Part shown: positions 10,049-18,804 of the stretch, one piece after another
Layout of the letters: each line of letters starts with the position of its first letter
Position numbering within the stretch: position 1 is the stretch's first letter
Source: Candidatus Bathyarchaeota archaeon
GTDB taxonomy: Archaea > Thermoproteota > Bathyarchaeia > Bathyarchaeales > Bathycorpusculaceae
Length of the DNA: 64,000 nt
NCBI GenBank assembly: GCA_963833575.1
Contig: CAWHXY010000004.1
Span: 256,001 to 320,000, forward strand
Direction of reading: 5' to 3'
Program-made: the position numbers and the translations under genes
Notes under the pieces: generated by a model
Told to the model about the DNA's origin: nothing
What the model saw: only the letters and a program-made list of their open reading frames with translations
Database searches by the model: none

Positions 10049-10593
10049 TAGGCAATACCCTCGTTTCTTTCGTAAACGTAAATGCCGTCGAGGAAAACTC
10101 TTGGGTCTTTATTTCTTACTCTTGTAGCTTGTTCAATGTTGGCGGCGGTTTGACTTACGTGTTCTAAGTCTATTCCTTCAACAATGATATCGTCAGGTTC
10201 GATTTTGACTTTGACATCGCCGATTAATTCTATGCTACGTCCTCTTCGCTCCCCAGTAAAGTTTTCAATCAGTATAGATCTGCCTTGAAGCTTCACGGAA
10301 ATTGGGAAGTGGGAGAACACAATTTTTAGTTTGTATTGGTAGCCTTTTGTGACGCCTGTAATCATGTTTTGAATGTGTGATGTTATTGTTCCTACAAGGG
10401 CGGCTTCCTTTTTGCGGGGCCACTTTGCCCAAATGCGAATATTTTTGCCTTCGCCTTCGATTGTGATTGGGGCAAAAGTAAAGTCACGGACTAAAGAGCC
10501 TTTGGCACCTTTAACGTTGACTTTTTTGCCGTCTAGGCTTACATCCACGTTATCTGGAACTTTGATAGTTTTAGAGATTTCTGGGAGCCGCAT
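10048..10593 (-). CDS. rpl6: 50S ribosomal protein uL6
   Basis: HIQNMITGVTKG, SHFPISV, KDPRVFLDGIYVY. Confidence 0.98.
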   Translation of the reverse strand: MRLPEISKTIKVPDNVDVSLDGKKVNVKGAKGSLVRDFTFAPITIEGEGKNIRIWAKWPRKKEAALVGTITSHIQNMITGVTKGYQYKLKIVFSHFPISVKLQGRSILIENFTGERRGRSIELIGDVKVKIEPDDIIVEGIDLEHVSQTAANIEQATRVRNKDPRVFLDGIYVYERNEGIA

Positions 10594-10606
10594 AGATTAC
10601 ACTTCC

Positions 10607-10990
10607 TTAATATACGAAGGCTAATAGCCTTCCTCCAAGATTCTTTTCTTCAGCATCCTTGTGTGCAACCACGCCTTTTGAAGTGGAAACAACCATTATG
10701 CCTACGTCTCTGGATGGTAAGAACTTCTTTTCCCAGTCTTCGAATCCATCGACCTTAACTGGGTATCGCGGTTTTATTGGTCCGCACTTGTTGATTCTTC
10801 CTAAGAGCTGAACCTTGAATTTTCCAGAACGCCCATCGTCAATAAACTCGAATTCACCTATGTAACCGTTGAGTTGCATTATACGTAGGACTCGCCCCAG
10901 AAGTTTAGAGGCAGGACTAATAATGCATTCGCGCTTGTTTCGCGTTTCGTTATTTTTGATAGTTATCAAACCGTTTGTTAAAGTGTCCAT
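10607..10990 (-). CDS. rps8: 30S ribosomal protein uS8
   Basis: [36 protein letters not shown]. Confidence 0.98.
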   Translation of the reverse strand: MDTLTNGLITIKNNETRNKRECIISPASKLLGRVLRIMQLNGYIGEFEFIDDGRSGKFKVQLLGRINKCGPIKPRYPVKVDGFEDWEKKFLPSRDVGIMVVSTSKGVVAHKDAEEKNLGGRLLAFVY

Positions 10991-11001
10991 TTTCTTAGCT
11001 C

Positions 11002-11166
11002 CTACTCATATTTTTTGAACCCAAGTTTTGGGGCTGCCTCTCTGAAACAGTGCCTACATAAATATAAATTGTACCGTCGAATAACCGGTCCATAAGCACC
11101 GCATCTAACGCATGGTCTTGAGCCTTTTCCGTATTTCCGTACTTTTTTAAGTTGCTGTTTTCCCAT
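11002..11166 (-). CDS. rps14: 30S ribosomal protein uS14 (Zn-binding), 54 aa, below the ORF-track cutoff
   Basis: Manual translation [54 protein letters not shown]; lies between rpl5 and rps8. Confidence 0.96.
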   Translation of the reverse strand: MGKQQLKKVRKYGKGSRPCVRCGAYGPVIRRYNLYLCRHCFREAAPKLGFKKYE

Positions 11167-11182
11167 ACATTCATCCTTCTGT

Positions 11183-11725
11183 TTACTCGATTTGGACTCC
11201 TAAGGTTTGTTTGACGAAAATTATTGATTCTTCGGGCGTTAAGATGTGCTTACGACCAATGCTTTGTTTTTCTTTACGTCGAATCCTTACTCTTTGCCCT
11301 GGACGATTAATTGAGACGCAAATATCCATGCCGAAGATTCCTATCTCAGGGTCATACTTTACGCCTGGAATTTCAATGTGTTCTTTTAGCCCGAAGGCGA
11401 AGTTGCCGCGTACATCGAAGGAAGACTTCGAAACTTTGTTATCCACGACTGGTAAGACCTTCTTTAAAAAGTCAATTGCTTTTTGTTTTCGCAATGTTAC
11501 AACGACTGCAATTGATTCGCCTTCACGTATGCCGAAGTCACGGATAGTTTTTTTGGCTTTTCTTTTGACTGGTGTCTGGTCTGTTATTTCTTTGAGGACT
11601 TTATTGGCTTTTTCAAGTGGCTCACCTGATTTTCCAACGTTAAGATTTACCACTACTTTTTCAATCTGTGGCTTAAGCATTGGATGCTCTGCCCAAGTCT
11701 TAACTATAGCTTCTTCTTCAGACAA
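11183..11725 (-). CDS. rpl5: 50S ribosomal protein uL5
   Basis: [43 protein letters not shown] start at 11725 overlaps the end of rps4e. Confidence 0.97.
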   Translation of the reverse strand: MSEEEAIVKTWAEHPMLKPQIEKVVVNLNVGKSGEPLEKANKVLKEITDQTPVKRKAKKTIRDFGIREGESIAVVVTLRKQKAIDFLKKVLPVVDNKVSKSSFDVRGNFAFGLKEHIEIPGVKYDPEIGIFGMDICVSINRPGQRVRIRRKEKQSIGRKHILTPEESIIFVKQTLGVQIE

Positions 11726-12482
11726 CTGCAGATGCCTCCGGTATAGCAATAAGGGATTCATCCTCGCCTATCGAAAAGATAAAGTCCAAGATCGTTTGGT
11801 AACGAACTCCAACCGTGTCTTCGATTACGACTAGTGCTTGGCGACGTTTTTTAGCTTCAGTCTTTTCGATTTCTATTATTTTACCTTGTTTACCAATGTT
11901 CTTTCCGCCGGTAATTATTGCCAAGTTTCCTTCCTTGGTTTTCAAGCTTTGAACCACTTGTTTTTCTGGAACCTTCATTTTAAGGATGTCAAATGTGGAG
12001 TAGGTGACTTCTTCTGGATGCTTTGGGTCAGCAACTTTAATGAATAAATTTGAGCCGTCGTGAAATGAAATCTGTACGCCTTTCTTAGCCGTGTTTTTGT
12101 CTTCAACTCGGACTAGTTTGAAGTTTGCTTCTTCCTTGCTTATTGGGCTCACTACCAATCCCTTGTTGGAAGGCAATACTCGATAATATTTTCCTGCATC
12201 AGGCATAGATATAACATCCATTAGACCGACTGGAAAATCATCTTTCTGCACAACTTTTCCATCTACTAGCACCTTACTTTGAGCAAGGATTAGCTTGCCT
12301 TCTTTGCGTGTTTGTGCAATGCCGAGTATGTCTCGGAGAACAAGAGTCAATGATAGACAATTGTCCTGTGAGTGCGCGCCAGGTGAGGGCTTTACTATCC
12401 AAGGCATCTCTTTTCTATGAATTGGCCAGAACCTTGGAGCTGGCTTGCGTTTCATCCTTGCGGTTTTTCCTTTTTTACCCAA
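11718..12482 (-). CDS. rps4e: 30S ribosomal protein eS4
   Basis: KR.PAPRFWPI.RK, PSPGAH, FPVGLMDVIS, ITGGKN.G..G.I. Confidence 0.97.
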   Translation of the reverse strand: MGKKGKTARMKRKPAPRFWPIHRKEMPWIVKPSPGAHSQDNCLSLTLVLRDILGIAQTRKEGKLILAQSKVLVDGKVVQKDDFPVGLMDVISMPDAGKYYRVLPSNKGLVVSPISKEEANFKLVRVEDKNTAKKGVQISFHDGSNLFIKVADPKHPEEVTYSTFDILKMKVPEKQVVQSLKTKEGNLAIITGGKNIGKQGKIIEIEKTEAKKRRQALVVIEDTVGVRYQTILDFIFSIGEDESLIAIPEASAVV

Positions 12483-12484
12483 AA

Positions 12485-13306
12485 TTATTGTCCTCCTTCT
12501 TCTGAAATTTTACTTTTAGAACTTGACTTAGACGCTGTTTTCTTGGTTGACGTCTCTTTCGCAGATGGTTCTTTGGAAGCAGCGTTTTTCTTTGCCACCG
12601 GCTTTGGCTTTGAAGCTTTTTTAGCATGGACCTCTTCCTCGGCAAGCTTCTCTTTCGCCTCAGGTGCCTCTTCCTTTTTGGCGACTGGCGTTTTAGCGGC
12701 AGTTTTTTTTGCTGTTGTTTTCTTTGCTACAGGCGCTTCTTCTACGGCAAGTAACTCTTTAGGCTTTTTCGCTTCTATTTCTTCGGGAACCTTTTCCGCA
12801 GCTTCTTCTGCAATCCCAGTAACCTCAGGTTCTGCTGGTTTTTCCTTTTCGACTTCTTCAATTCTTGCTTTTGTCTTTTCAACTTTCTTTGAGGGCTTTA
12901 CTTTTGCTTTTTCTTCTTTCTCAGGCTTTTCTATTTCTTTCTTTCTGCCAAGGATCTCTTTTCGCTGTTTATCGTCAAGATTGAGATTTCTTATTTGAAT
13001 TTTGGATGGGTGCACCGAGATGAAAATGTTTGTTCCATCGACTTTTTCACGTGTTAATCCTTCAAGGTAAACTCGGAAATTTTTGGGGTCAACTCGTGAG
13101 ACTTTGCCTTCAAACCCTTTGTTATCGCCGCGTTGAATGCGGACTGTGTCACCTTTTCTCACAGGAAGAGTTTTTGCGCCTCTTGAAGCAGTAAGCTCGC
13201 TAGATAGTGGAGCTGCCATAAGCTTGTGACGAATATGAGCAGGAGCATTAAAGAGCCTTTTACGCTGTTTACCCGGATTTTTTACTCGTTTAGTTTCTTG
13301 CATCAT
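12485..13306 (-). CDS. rpl24: 50S ribosomal protein uL24 with very long Lys/Glu/Ala/Pro-rich C-terminal extension
   Basis: PGKQRKRLFNAP.H.R, PVRKGDTVRI.RGD.KG.EGKV, HPSKI.I; tail of roughly 150 aa. ATG at 13306 or 13303. Confidence 0.96.
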   Translation of the reverse strand: MMQETKRVKNPGKQRKRLFNAPAHIRHKLMAAPLSSELTASRGAKTLPVRKGDTVRIQRGDNKGFEGKVSRVDPKNFRVYLEGLTREKVDGTNIFISVHPSKIQIRNLNLDDKQRKEILGRKKEIEKPEKEEKAKVKPSKKVEKTKARIEEVEKEKPAEPEVTGIAEEAAEKVPEEIEAKKPKELLAVEEAPVAKKTTAKKTAAKTPVAKKEEAPEAKEKLAEEEVHAKKASKPKPVAKKNAASKEPSAKETSTKKTASKSSSKSKISEEGGQ

Positions 13307-13314
13307 TCTTACAC

Positions 13315-13755
13315 CTACACTATTATGCTTGAAGCGCTTGCAATTCTCGGCCATCTTTCAGCTGCTTCTCTTGCCACAGGACCCCTTATTTCAGAGCCTT
13401 TCATTTCGCCATCCGGAGTAATAATTACTGCTGCGTTATCTTCAAATTGAACCCAAACGCCATCGATGCGTCTGAAAGTTTTTCTTTGACGAACAATAAC
13501 CGCTTGGAAAATCTTCTTTCTCATGTCAGGTGAGCCTTGTCTAACGGAGACTGTTACTTTGTCGCCCACTGTAGCGGAGGGGTAACGTCGTAATCGACCT
13601 TTGTAACCCATAGCTTGAATCAAACGTAGAACTCGTGCACCTGTGTTATCAGTGCATTTCATTTCTGAACCTGATAGAAGCCCTCTGCTAATTTTTTGTC
13701 CGTGTGATAGCATTCCTTTTGCAACTAATGCTCTTTGTTTTGCCTTCGCCGCCAT
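13315..13755 (-). CDS. rpl14: 50S ribosomal protein uL14
   Basis: CTDNTGA, AVIVRQRK, FEDNAAVI, GPVAREAAERWP. Confidence 0.98.
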   Translation of the reverse strand: MAAKAKQRALVAKGMLSHGQKISRGLLSGSEMKCTDNTGARVLRLIQAMGYKGRLRRYPSATVGDKVTVSVRQGSPDMRKKIFQAVIVRQRKTFRRIDGVWVQFEDNAAVIITPDGEMKGSEIRGPVAREAAERWPRIASASSIIV

Positions 13756-13756
13756 C

Positions 13757-14083
13757 CTACTTTTCCTCTCCTAATTTTTCTACCACAACAAAAGAAACAG
13801 TTTTGCTGATTGGTCTACATTCAGCAATTCTCACTCTATCCCCTTCTTTTACATCAATGCACGGGGTGTTGTGAGATGCAATGTGACCGTGTCTTCGTTC
13901 ATACCTTTGGAATTTGGATGAGAATTCTAAGTATTCTCTGTCCACTATGACGGTTTTATCCATTTTTGCTGTTTGAACTACGCCATCTAGTATGCGTCCT
14001 CTTATTGCAAGAGTTCCGTGGAATGGACAGTTTCGGTCATCGCAAGTTTTTTTCGGTTGCTTGAAAGTCAGAGACATTACCAT
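13757..14083 (-). CDS. rps17: 30S ribosomal protein uS17
   Basis: CDDRNCPFHG, KMDKTVIV, AECRPISKTVSFVV. Confidence 0.98.
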   Translation of the reverse strand: MVMSLTFKQPKKTCDDRNCPFHGTLAIRGRILDGVVQTAKMDKTVIVDREYLEFSSKFQRYERRHGHIASHNTPCIDVKEGDRVRIAECRPISKTVSFVVVEKLGEEK

Positions 14084-14358
14084 AACCTCTTAATGCTTTT
14101 TTTAAGTCGATCCTCAGGTCTGCCTACTAAAAGTTTGCCGTCAATTTCGGCAACTGTTCCGTCTGCAAACTGAAAGTTGAAAAATGCTAATTCTTTAATT
14201 ACACTTTTCGTTTGGCCTTCACTAATCAATGTGAAAGTGTTTTTTGTTTCGCCTACAACTATGCCGCCTAAACCAACGTAGCCGCCATGTGGGCTTCTTG
14301 TGATTTCAGCGCCAGTTCCAATAAATTCATAGCGAATAATGTCAGGAGTTATTTTCAT
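14077..14358 (-). CDS. rnp1: Ribonuclease P protein subunit Rpp29/Pop4
   Basis: EFIG, G.VVGETKNT, IDGKLLVGRPEDRLK; canonical position between rpl29 and rps17. Confidence 0.93.
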   Translation of the reverse strand: MKITPDIIRYEFIGTGAEITRSPHGGYVGLGGIVVGETKNTFTLISEGQTKSVIKELAFFNFQFADGTVAEIDGKLLVGRPEDRLKKSIKRLW

Positions 14359-14663
14359 TGCGAAGTCGACTCCTTCGTTTCTTTCTTAACTTCATTTTTC
14401 TTTGCTGGCTTTTCCGTTTTTTTCTTGGGTTTTTCTTTGGGTTCCTCGGCTGCTTTCCTTATTCCCAGTTTATTCTCGTTTTCTACTGTCAGTATTTGAG
14501 CAATTGTTTTGCGCAATTCCCTAACTCGTGTTGGGTTCTCAACAGCGCCGCCAGCATTAATCATGGTTCTCATGCGAGCTAGCTCAACGCGTAAATCAAC
14601 CACTTTCTTTGCTCTATCCTCAGGGGACATGGCAACTATTTCTCTAAGCCGAATTATTGCCAT
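14355..14663 (-). CDS. rpl29: 50S ribosomal protein uL29 with K/E-rich tail
   Basis: ENPTRVRELRKTIAQILTV; tail of roughly 35 aa. Confidence 0.95.
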   Translation of the reverse strand: MAIIRLREIVAMSPEDRAKKVVDLRVELARMRTMINAGGAVENPTRVRELRKTIAQILTVENENKLGIRKAAEEPKEKPKKKTEKPAKKNEVKKETKESTSQ

Positions 14664-15418
14664 TATTCTTTTTTCTCCTCAGGTTTTGGTTCATCTGCTA
14701 CTTCTTTGGCTTGCACTTCAGGTTCCTCCGAAGATTCTTCAATTGGAACTTCTGTCGGTGCTTGCTGTTCAGTTGATTTGACTATTACTTGAGCTGGAAC
14801 GGCGACTTTTTCTTCCTCAGGCAATTTTGTAAGAATAGTGATTCTGTCAGGGAAATATGCGTCTGGAGGCATAATCTTTACTCTTACGCCAATAATTCCT
14901 GGTTTTAGTTGAACATGTGCTTCAGCTTTTTTCATAGCCACTAGTGCTGGTTCTCCACATCGTGGGAAGTAGCCTGCTCGGAACTTTTCGAAGCGAGCAC
15001 GTTCGGTTGTTAGTTTGCCGCTTATAACTATTTCAGCGCCAAGTGCGCCTGCTTCCATGACTTGGTTTAATGCCCAAAAACCTGCGCGTCTGAAGTGAAC
15101 TCCTCGTTGTAGTGCTGAGGCCACTCTTGAAGCAATAACGTAAGCGTTGAATTCTGGGACTTCAATTTCTGAAACTGAAATTTGAGGGTTAGAAACTTTG
15201 AAATTTTGTTCTAGTGCTGAGGCGAGTTCTTTTATTGTTTCTCCTCCTCTACCGATAACTAAGCCTGGACGCATAGCATAAATTACAACATGTGTACCAA
15301 GTGGGGTTTTGGAAATGTTCACTCCACCATATCCAGCTCTGTCAAGTTTTTTTTGTAAAAACTCATCAATTTCTGTTCTTTTGATTGATTCGGTTATAAA
15401 ACGTTTTACTATGCTCAT
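14663..15418 (-). CDS. rps3: 30S ribosomal protein uS3 with acidic tail
   Basis: RAGYGG, RPGLVIGRGG, GAEIVISGKL, G.IGVRVKIMPP. Confidence 0.98.
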   Translation of the reverse strand: MSIVKRFITESIKRTEIDEFLQKKLDRAGYGGVNISKTPLGTHVVIYAMRPGLVIGRGGETIKELASALEQNFKVSNPQISVSEIEVPEFNAYVIASRVASALQRGVHFRRAGFWALNQVMEAGALGAEIVISGKLTTERARFEKFRAGYFPRCGEPALVAMKKAEAHVQLKPGIIGVRVKIMPPDAYFPDRITILTKLPEEEKVAVPAQVIVKSTEQQAPTEVPIEESSEEPEVQAKEVADEPKPEEKKE

Positions 15419-15904
15419 TTATTGCTCTCCTGAGGATGGTTTTTCATCTAGGACTATTTCGACATGCGTTGTAGTGTCATATTTTGGTGAGGCGCTACCG
15501 TGGGCTCTTGGTGTGTAACGCTTTAATTTTATGCCTTGGTAAGCTGCCGCATGGATTATGCGTAATCGGTCAACATCTAAACCTTTGTTTTCAGCGTTTG
15601 ATTGGGCCGATTGTAAAACATCTAAGATCTGTTCGGACGGTTTAACAGGGTACCTTCCGCAAAAACTATTTACGAGCCCATGGCGATGGGGCAGTTTTTT
15701 ATTATACCTAGTGTAGGGAACAGCTTTCTTTTTGGCTGCGACGTCCCGTAAATACTGTTTTGCATCGTTTAGCATCATGCCTTTGATGGCTTTGCAGACT
15801 TCTCGAGCTGCTTTATGGGACACTTTGAGTTCTCTGCCGCTGGCTTTCGCTGTTTTTTCTGGATTGAGCAATTCTTCGATTATAGAGTATCCCCATTTTG
15901 GCAT
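15419..15904 (-). CDS. rpl22: 50S ribosomal protein uL22
   Basis: VSHKAAREVC.AIKGM, GRYPVK, NAENKGLD, PRAHGSA, THVEIVL. ATG at 15904 after GGAGA. Confidence 0.97.
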   Translation of the reverse strand: MPKWGYSIIEELLNPEKTAKASGRELKVSHKAAREVCKAIKGMMLNDAKQYLRDVAAKKKAVPYTRYNKKLPHRHGLVNSFCGRYPVKPSEQILDVLQSAQSNAENKGLDVDRLRIIHAAAYQGIKLKRYTPRAHGSASPKYDTTTHVEIVLDEKPSSGEQ

Positions 15905-16357
15905 TCTTATATCTCCGATGCGCAAACAAACACGTAAAAGCAATTTATATGGCTTTCCGTATCAAAACATAAAGTTTCGATTATTTGGTTGAGTTGTGTT
16001 CCTGCGAGGGAACTATTCGAACGCGTGAGGTGTACAGTTTTGGATATAGCTTTTGCCTTTTATAGTTTACCTATAAAAATTTGTAGCTCTATATATCAGC
16101 AATAAATCTTGAGAAAACAGCTTTTAGTTCGTTGAATTAACCTGCCTGATAGTTATTGTTTTCAGTATGAAAAGAAGAAAGTCGCTGGAGGCAACCCTCA
16201 TCTTATTTCATTTTAGCTGCAAACTACAGCCATATTAAAAATGATTGAAAGAACAACAACAGTCCATGGATGCTTTGTTGTTGTTCGTCATTTCATTCTG
16301 CGATTTGTTTATGTTTCACTTAATCGCTAATGAACTTGTTAAACCGGAGCAAACTAA

Positions 16358-17425
16358 ATGTCGAATTCAAATGAAAAGATCACGATGCTGCATGGCGCTG
16401 GTGGGACAGTCATGCATAACTTGGTTAAGAACTACATTGTCAAATATTTCGGCGGTTTAGGCAATACAGCGGAAGTCCCATTGGAAGCTATGGATGACGC
16501 CGCAGTCATAGGCGACATAGTATTCAAAAGTGACTCCCACGCGGTGAAACCAATATTTTTCCCAGGCGGAGACATCGGACGTCTATCAATCTCAGGTACT
16601 GTTAATGACATTTCAGCTATGGGGGCAGAGCCATATGCTCTTGCTTGCGGGTTCATTTTGGAAGAAGGTTTGCTAATTGGTGATTTGGAGAAAATCCTCT
16701 ACAGTATGCATAAAACGTGTGTCGAAGCAGGCGTCGGCATCGTCACGGGTGATACGAAAGTAGTGGAGAAGGGCAGTTTAGGCGGCCTTGTAATGAATGT
16801 TTCAGGGATCGGCAAAAGAACAGCTGCCTTAGAAAACAACCTAGCAGTGGCCAAGCAATACCGAGCAATTGCCTCTCGCTGGACGCTGGATTCAAACCTT
16901 GTTTCAGGCGACAAAATCATCTTAACAGGAACCATCGGTGACCATGGATTAGCCGTGCTATCAGCCCAGCAGGGATTAAAGTTTGGCAGCGAAATAAAAT
17001 CTGACGTTCGTCCATTGAATCGTATGCTTCAACGATTATTTACTGAAATAGGGGGGGTTATTTCGGTAAAAGATCCTACTCGTGGTGGCTTAGCTGATGC
17101 CTTGAATGAGTGGACTGAGAAATCCAAAGTCGGCATATTAGTCAACGAAGACAAAGTTCCGATAAGACAGGATGTACAGGCTGCATGCGATATGCTTGGT
17201 TTAGATCCATTAGAAGTTGGAAATGAAGGTAAATACATCATCGGTGTTGTAGCCCAAAAAGCTGACCAAGTCCTTCAATTTTTGCGTCATACGGATGAGG
17301 GTAAAGATGCACAAATAATCGGCCAGGCCACAACGGAGTTCAAGGGTGTAGCCATGCAAACGACAGTGGGCGGAAAAAGAATAATTGCAAGACCTATTGG
17401 CGACCCCGTGCCGAGAATTTGCTAA
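16358..17425 (+). CDS. hypE: Hydrogenase maturation carbamoyl dehydratase HypE
   Basis: HGAGG, DSHAVKPIFFPGGDIG, TGDTKVVE, KDPTRGG, C-terminal PRIC. Confidence 0.97.
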   Translation: MSNSNEKITMLHGAGGTVMHNLVKNYIVKYFGGLGNTAEVPLEAMDDAAVIGDIVFKSDSHAVKPIFFPGGDIGRLSISGTVNDISAMGAEPYALACGFILEEGLLIGDLEKILYSMHKTCVEAGVGIVTGDTKVVEKGSLGGLVMNVSGIGKRTAALENNLAVAKQYRAIASRWTLDSNLVSGDKIILTGTIGDHGLAVLSAQQGLKFGSEIKSDVRPLNRMLQRLFTEIGGVISVKDPTRGGLADALNEWTEKSKVGILVNEDKVPIRQDVQAACDMLGLDPLEVGNEGKYIIGVVAQKADQVLQFLRHTDEGKDAQIIGQATTEFKGVAMQTTVGGKRIIARPIGDPVPRIC

Positions 17426-18510
17426 CCTTGGATAGGAACGTTTTTTGCCCAAACCCTGCATGTTCCTTCGTTGCTCACCATGCATGCGCCGACAGGTTTC
17501 TCAGGTGTACAAGCCTTCAAAAACATGGGGCATTGGTCGGGTTTGATTTTTCCGATTATTACGAGGTGACATTCACATCCAAGCAAGATGTCTTTGCCTT
17601 GTTCCACGTGAACCCCATATTTTAAGCGTGCATCATAATCTGCTAACTTTTCGTTAAGTTGCAACGCTGAGTCTGGAAGCATGCCAATGCCCCGCCAATT
17701 GCCGCCTGTTATAGTAAATGCCTTACTCATCATTTCTAACGCTCGAAGATTGCCTTCAGGCTTAACAACGCGGGGATATTCATTCTCCAACTTGGGTTTT
17801 CCTTCGACATGTTGCTTAACAATCATGTAAACAGACATCAACACATCATTAGGTTCGAACCCAGCCACGACCGTTGGCATTCGATAGACTCGAGGGAACA
17901 ACTCGTAAGGTTTCAAGCCTATAATAGCGCTCACATGCCCAGGCGCTATGAATCCGTCAATCTGCAAGTCACCTACACCTAGAAGGAGTTCCATGGCAGG
18001 AGGAATTAATCGATGCGATACCAAAAAACTAAAGTTTCTAGTCGGTTTGCCGAGTGCTTCAAGCGCTGTTGAAGGAGCGGTAGTTTCAAATCCAACTGCG
18101 AAAAACACGAACTGTTTCTGCGGCTCGCTTTTAGCCATTTCAACTGCGTCTGAGACCGCGTAAACAATTCGGACATCAGCACCTGCTGCTTTAGCCTCTA
18201 AAAGCGACATTTTGCTGCCAGGCACGCGCAAAACATCTCCAAAGCATGTAACCACAATTCCCATCTGGGCAATCTGTACTGCTTCATCGATTTCAGCCGC
18301 TGGCACAATGCAAACGGGGCATCCGGGACCAGCAATTACCTCAACATTCTCAGGTAAGAGGCCGCGTAATCCAAAATGTGTTATGGTCCATTCGTGTGTT
18401 CCGCATACGTGGCAGATTTTTATTTTTTCGGTTTGTGATGCTAAGTTTTTGATTTTTGACGCTATGTTTTGCGCCAGTTCGGGGTTTCTGAACTTTAGGT
18501 TTTCAGCCAT
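17422..18510 (-). CDS. hypD: Hydrogenase formation protein HypD
   Basis: HVCGTHE, GPGCPVC, GFETTAP, PGHVS, GACMVS.EGTC. Confidence 0.97.
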   Translation of the reverse strand: MAENLKFRNPELAQNIASKIKNLASQTEKIKICHVCGTHEWTITHFGLRGLLPENVEVIAGPGCPVCIVPAAEIDEAVQIAQMGIVVTCFGDVLRVPGSKMSLLEAKAAGADVRIVYAVSDAVEMAKSEPQKQFVFFAVGFETTAPSTALEALGKPTRNFSFLVSHRLIPPAMELLLGVGDLQIDGFIAPGHVSAIIGLKPYELFPRVYRMPTVVAGFEPNDVLMSVYMIVKQHVEGKPKLENEYPRVVKPEGNLRALEMMSKAFTITGGNWRGIGMLPDSALQLNEKLADYDARLKYGVHVEQGKDILLGCECHLVIIGKIKPDQCPMFLKACTPEKPVGACMVSNEGTCRVWAKNVPIQG

Positions 18511-18530
18511 TTCTATCGCTAACTTGCCGT

Positions 18531-18755
18531 TTATTGTTGGGAAGTTTCAAGAATGCTGTTCCATAAACTTAGGGTTTCTTTGGCTTCTTTTTCTTCGATA
18601 ACTGTAATTGCGTAGCCCGCGTGCACAAGAACATATTCGCCTACTTTAGCTTCAACAAGCGATACGTTGACTTCGCGCATGACGCCCTGGCCAAAATCAA
18701 CGTTAGCTTTAGTGCCATTAATATCCATAATTTTAGCTGGGATTGCTAAACACAT
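18531..18755 (-). CDS. hypC: Hydrogenase chaperone HypC/HupF
   Basis: MCLAIPAK N-terminus (Cys2) and VGEYVLVHAGYAI; start placed at ATG 18755. Confidence 0.97.
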   Translation of the reverse strand: MCLAIPAKIMDINGTKANVDFGQGVMREVNVSLVEAKVGEYVLVHAGYAITVIEEKEAKETLSLWNSILETSQQ

Positions 18756-18804
18756 AACTATCAATTAACAAGGAGGCTTGAAAGATCGATAAAAAGAAAT
18801 TGGT

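Noticed and set aside
8329-15992. Many plus-strand ORFs (e.g. 11211-11834, 12417-12998) over the ribosomal cluster
   Set aside because: Antisense to clear r-protein genes. Their F/S/L-rich composition simply mirrors the K/E-rich sense strand.
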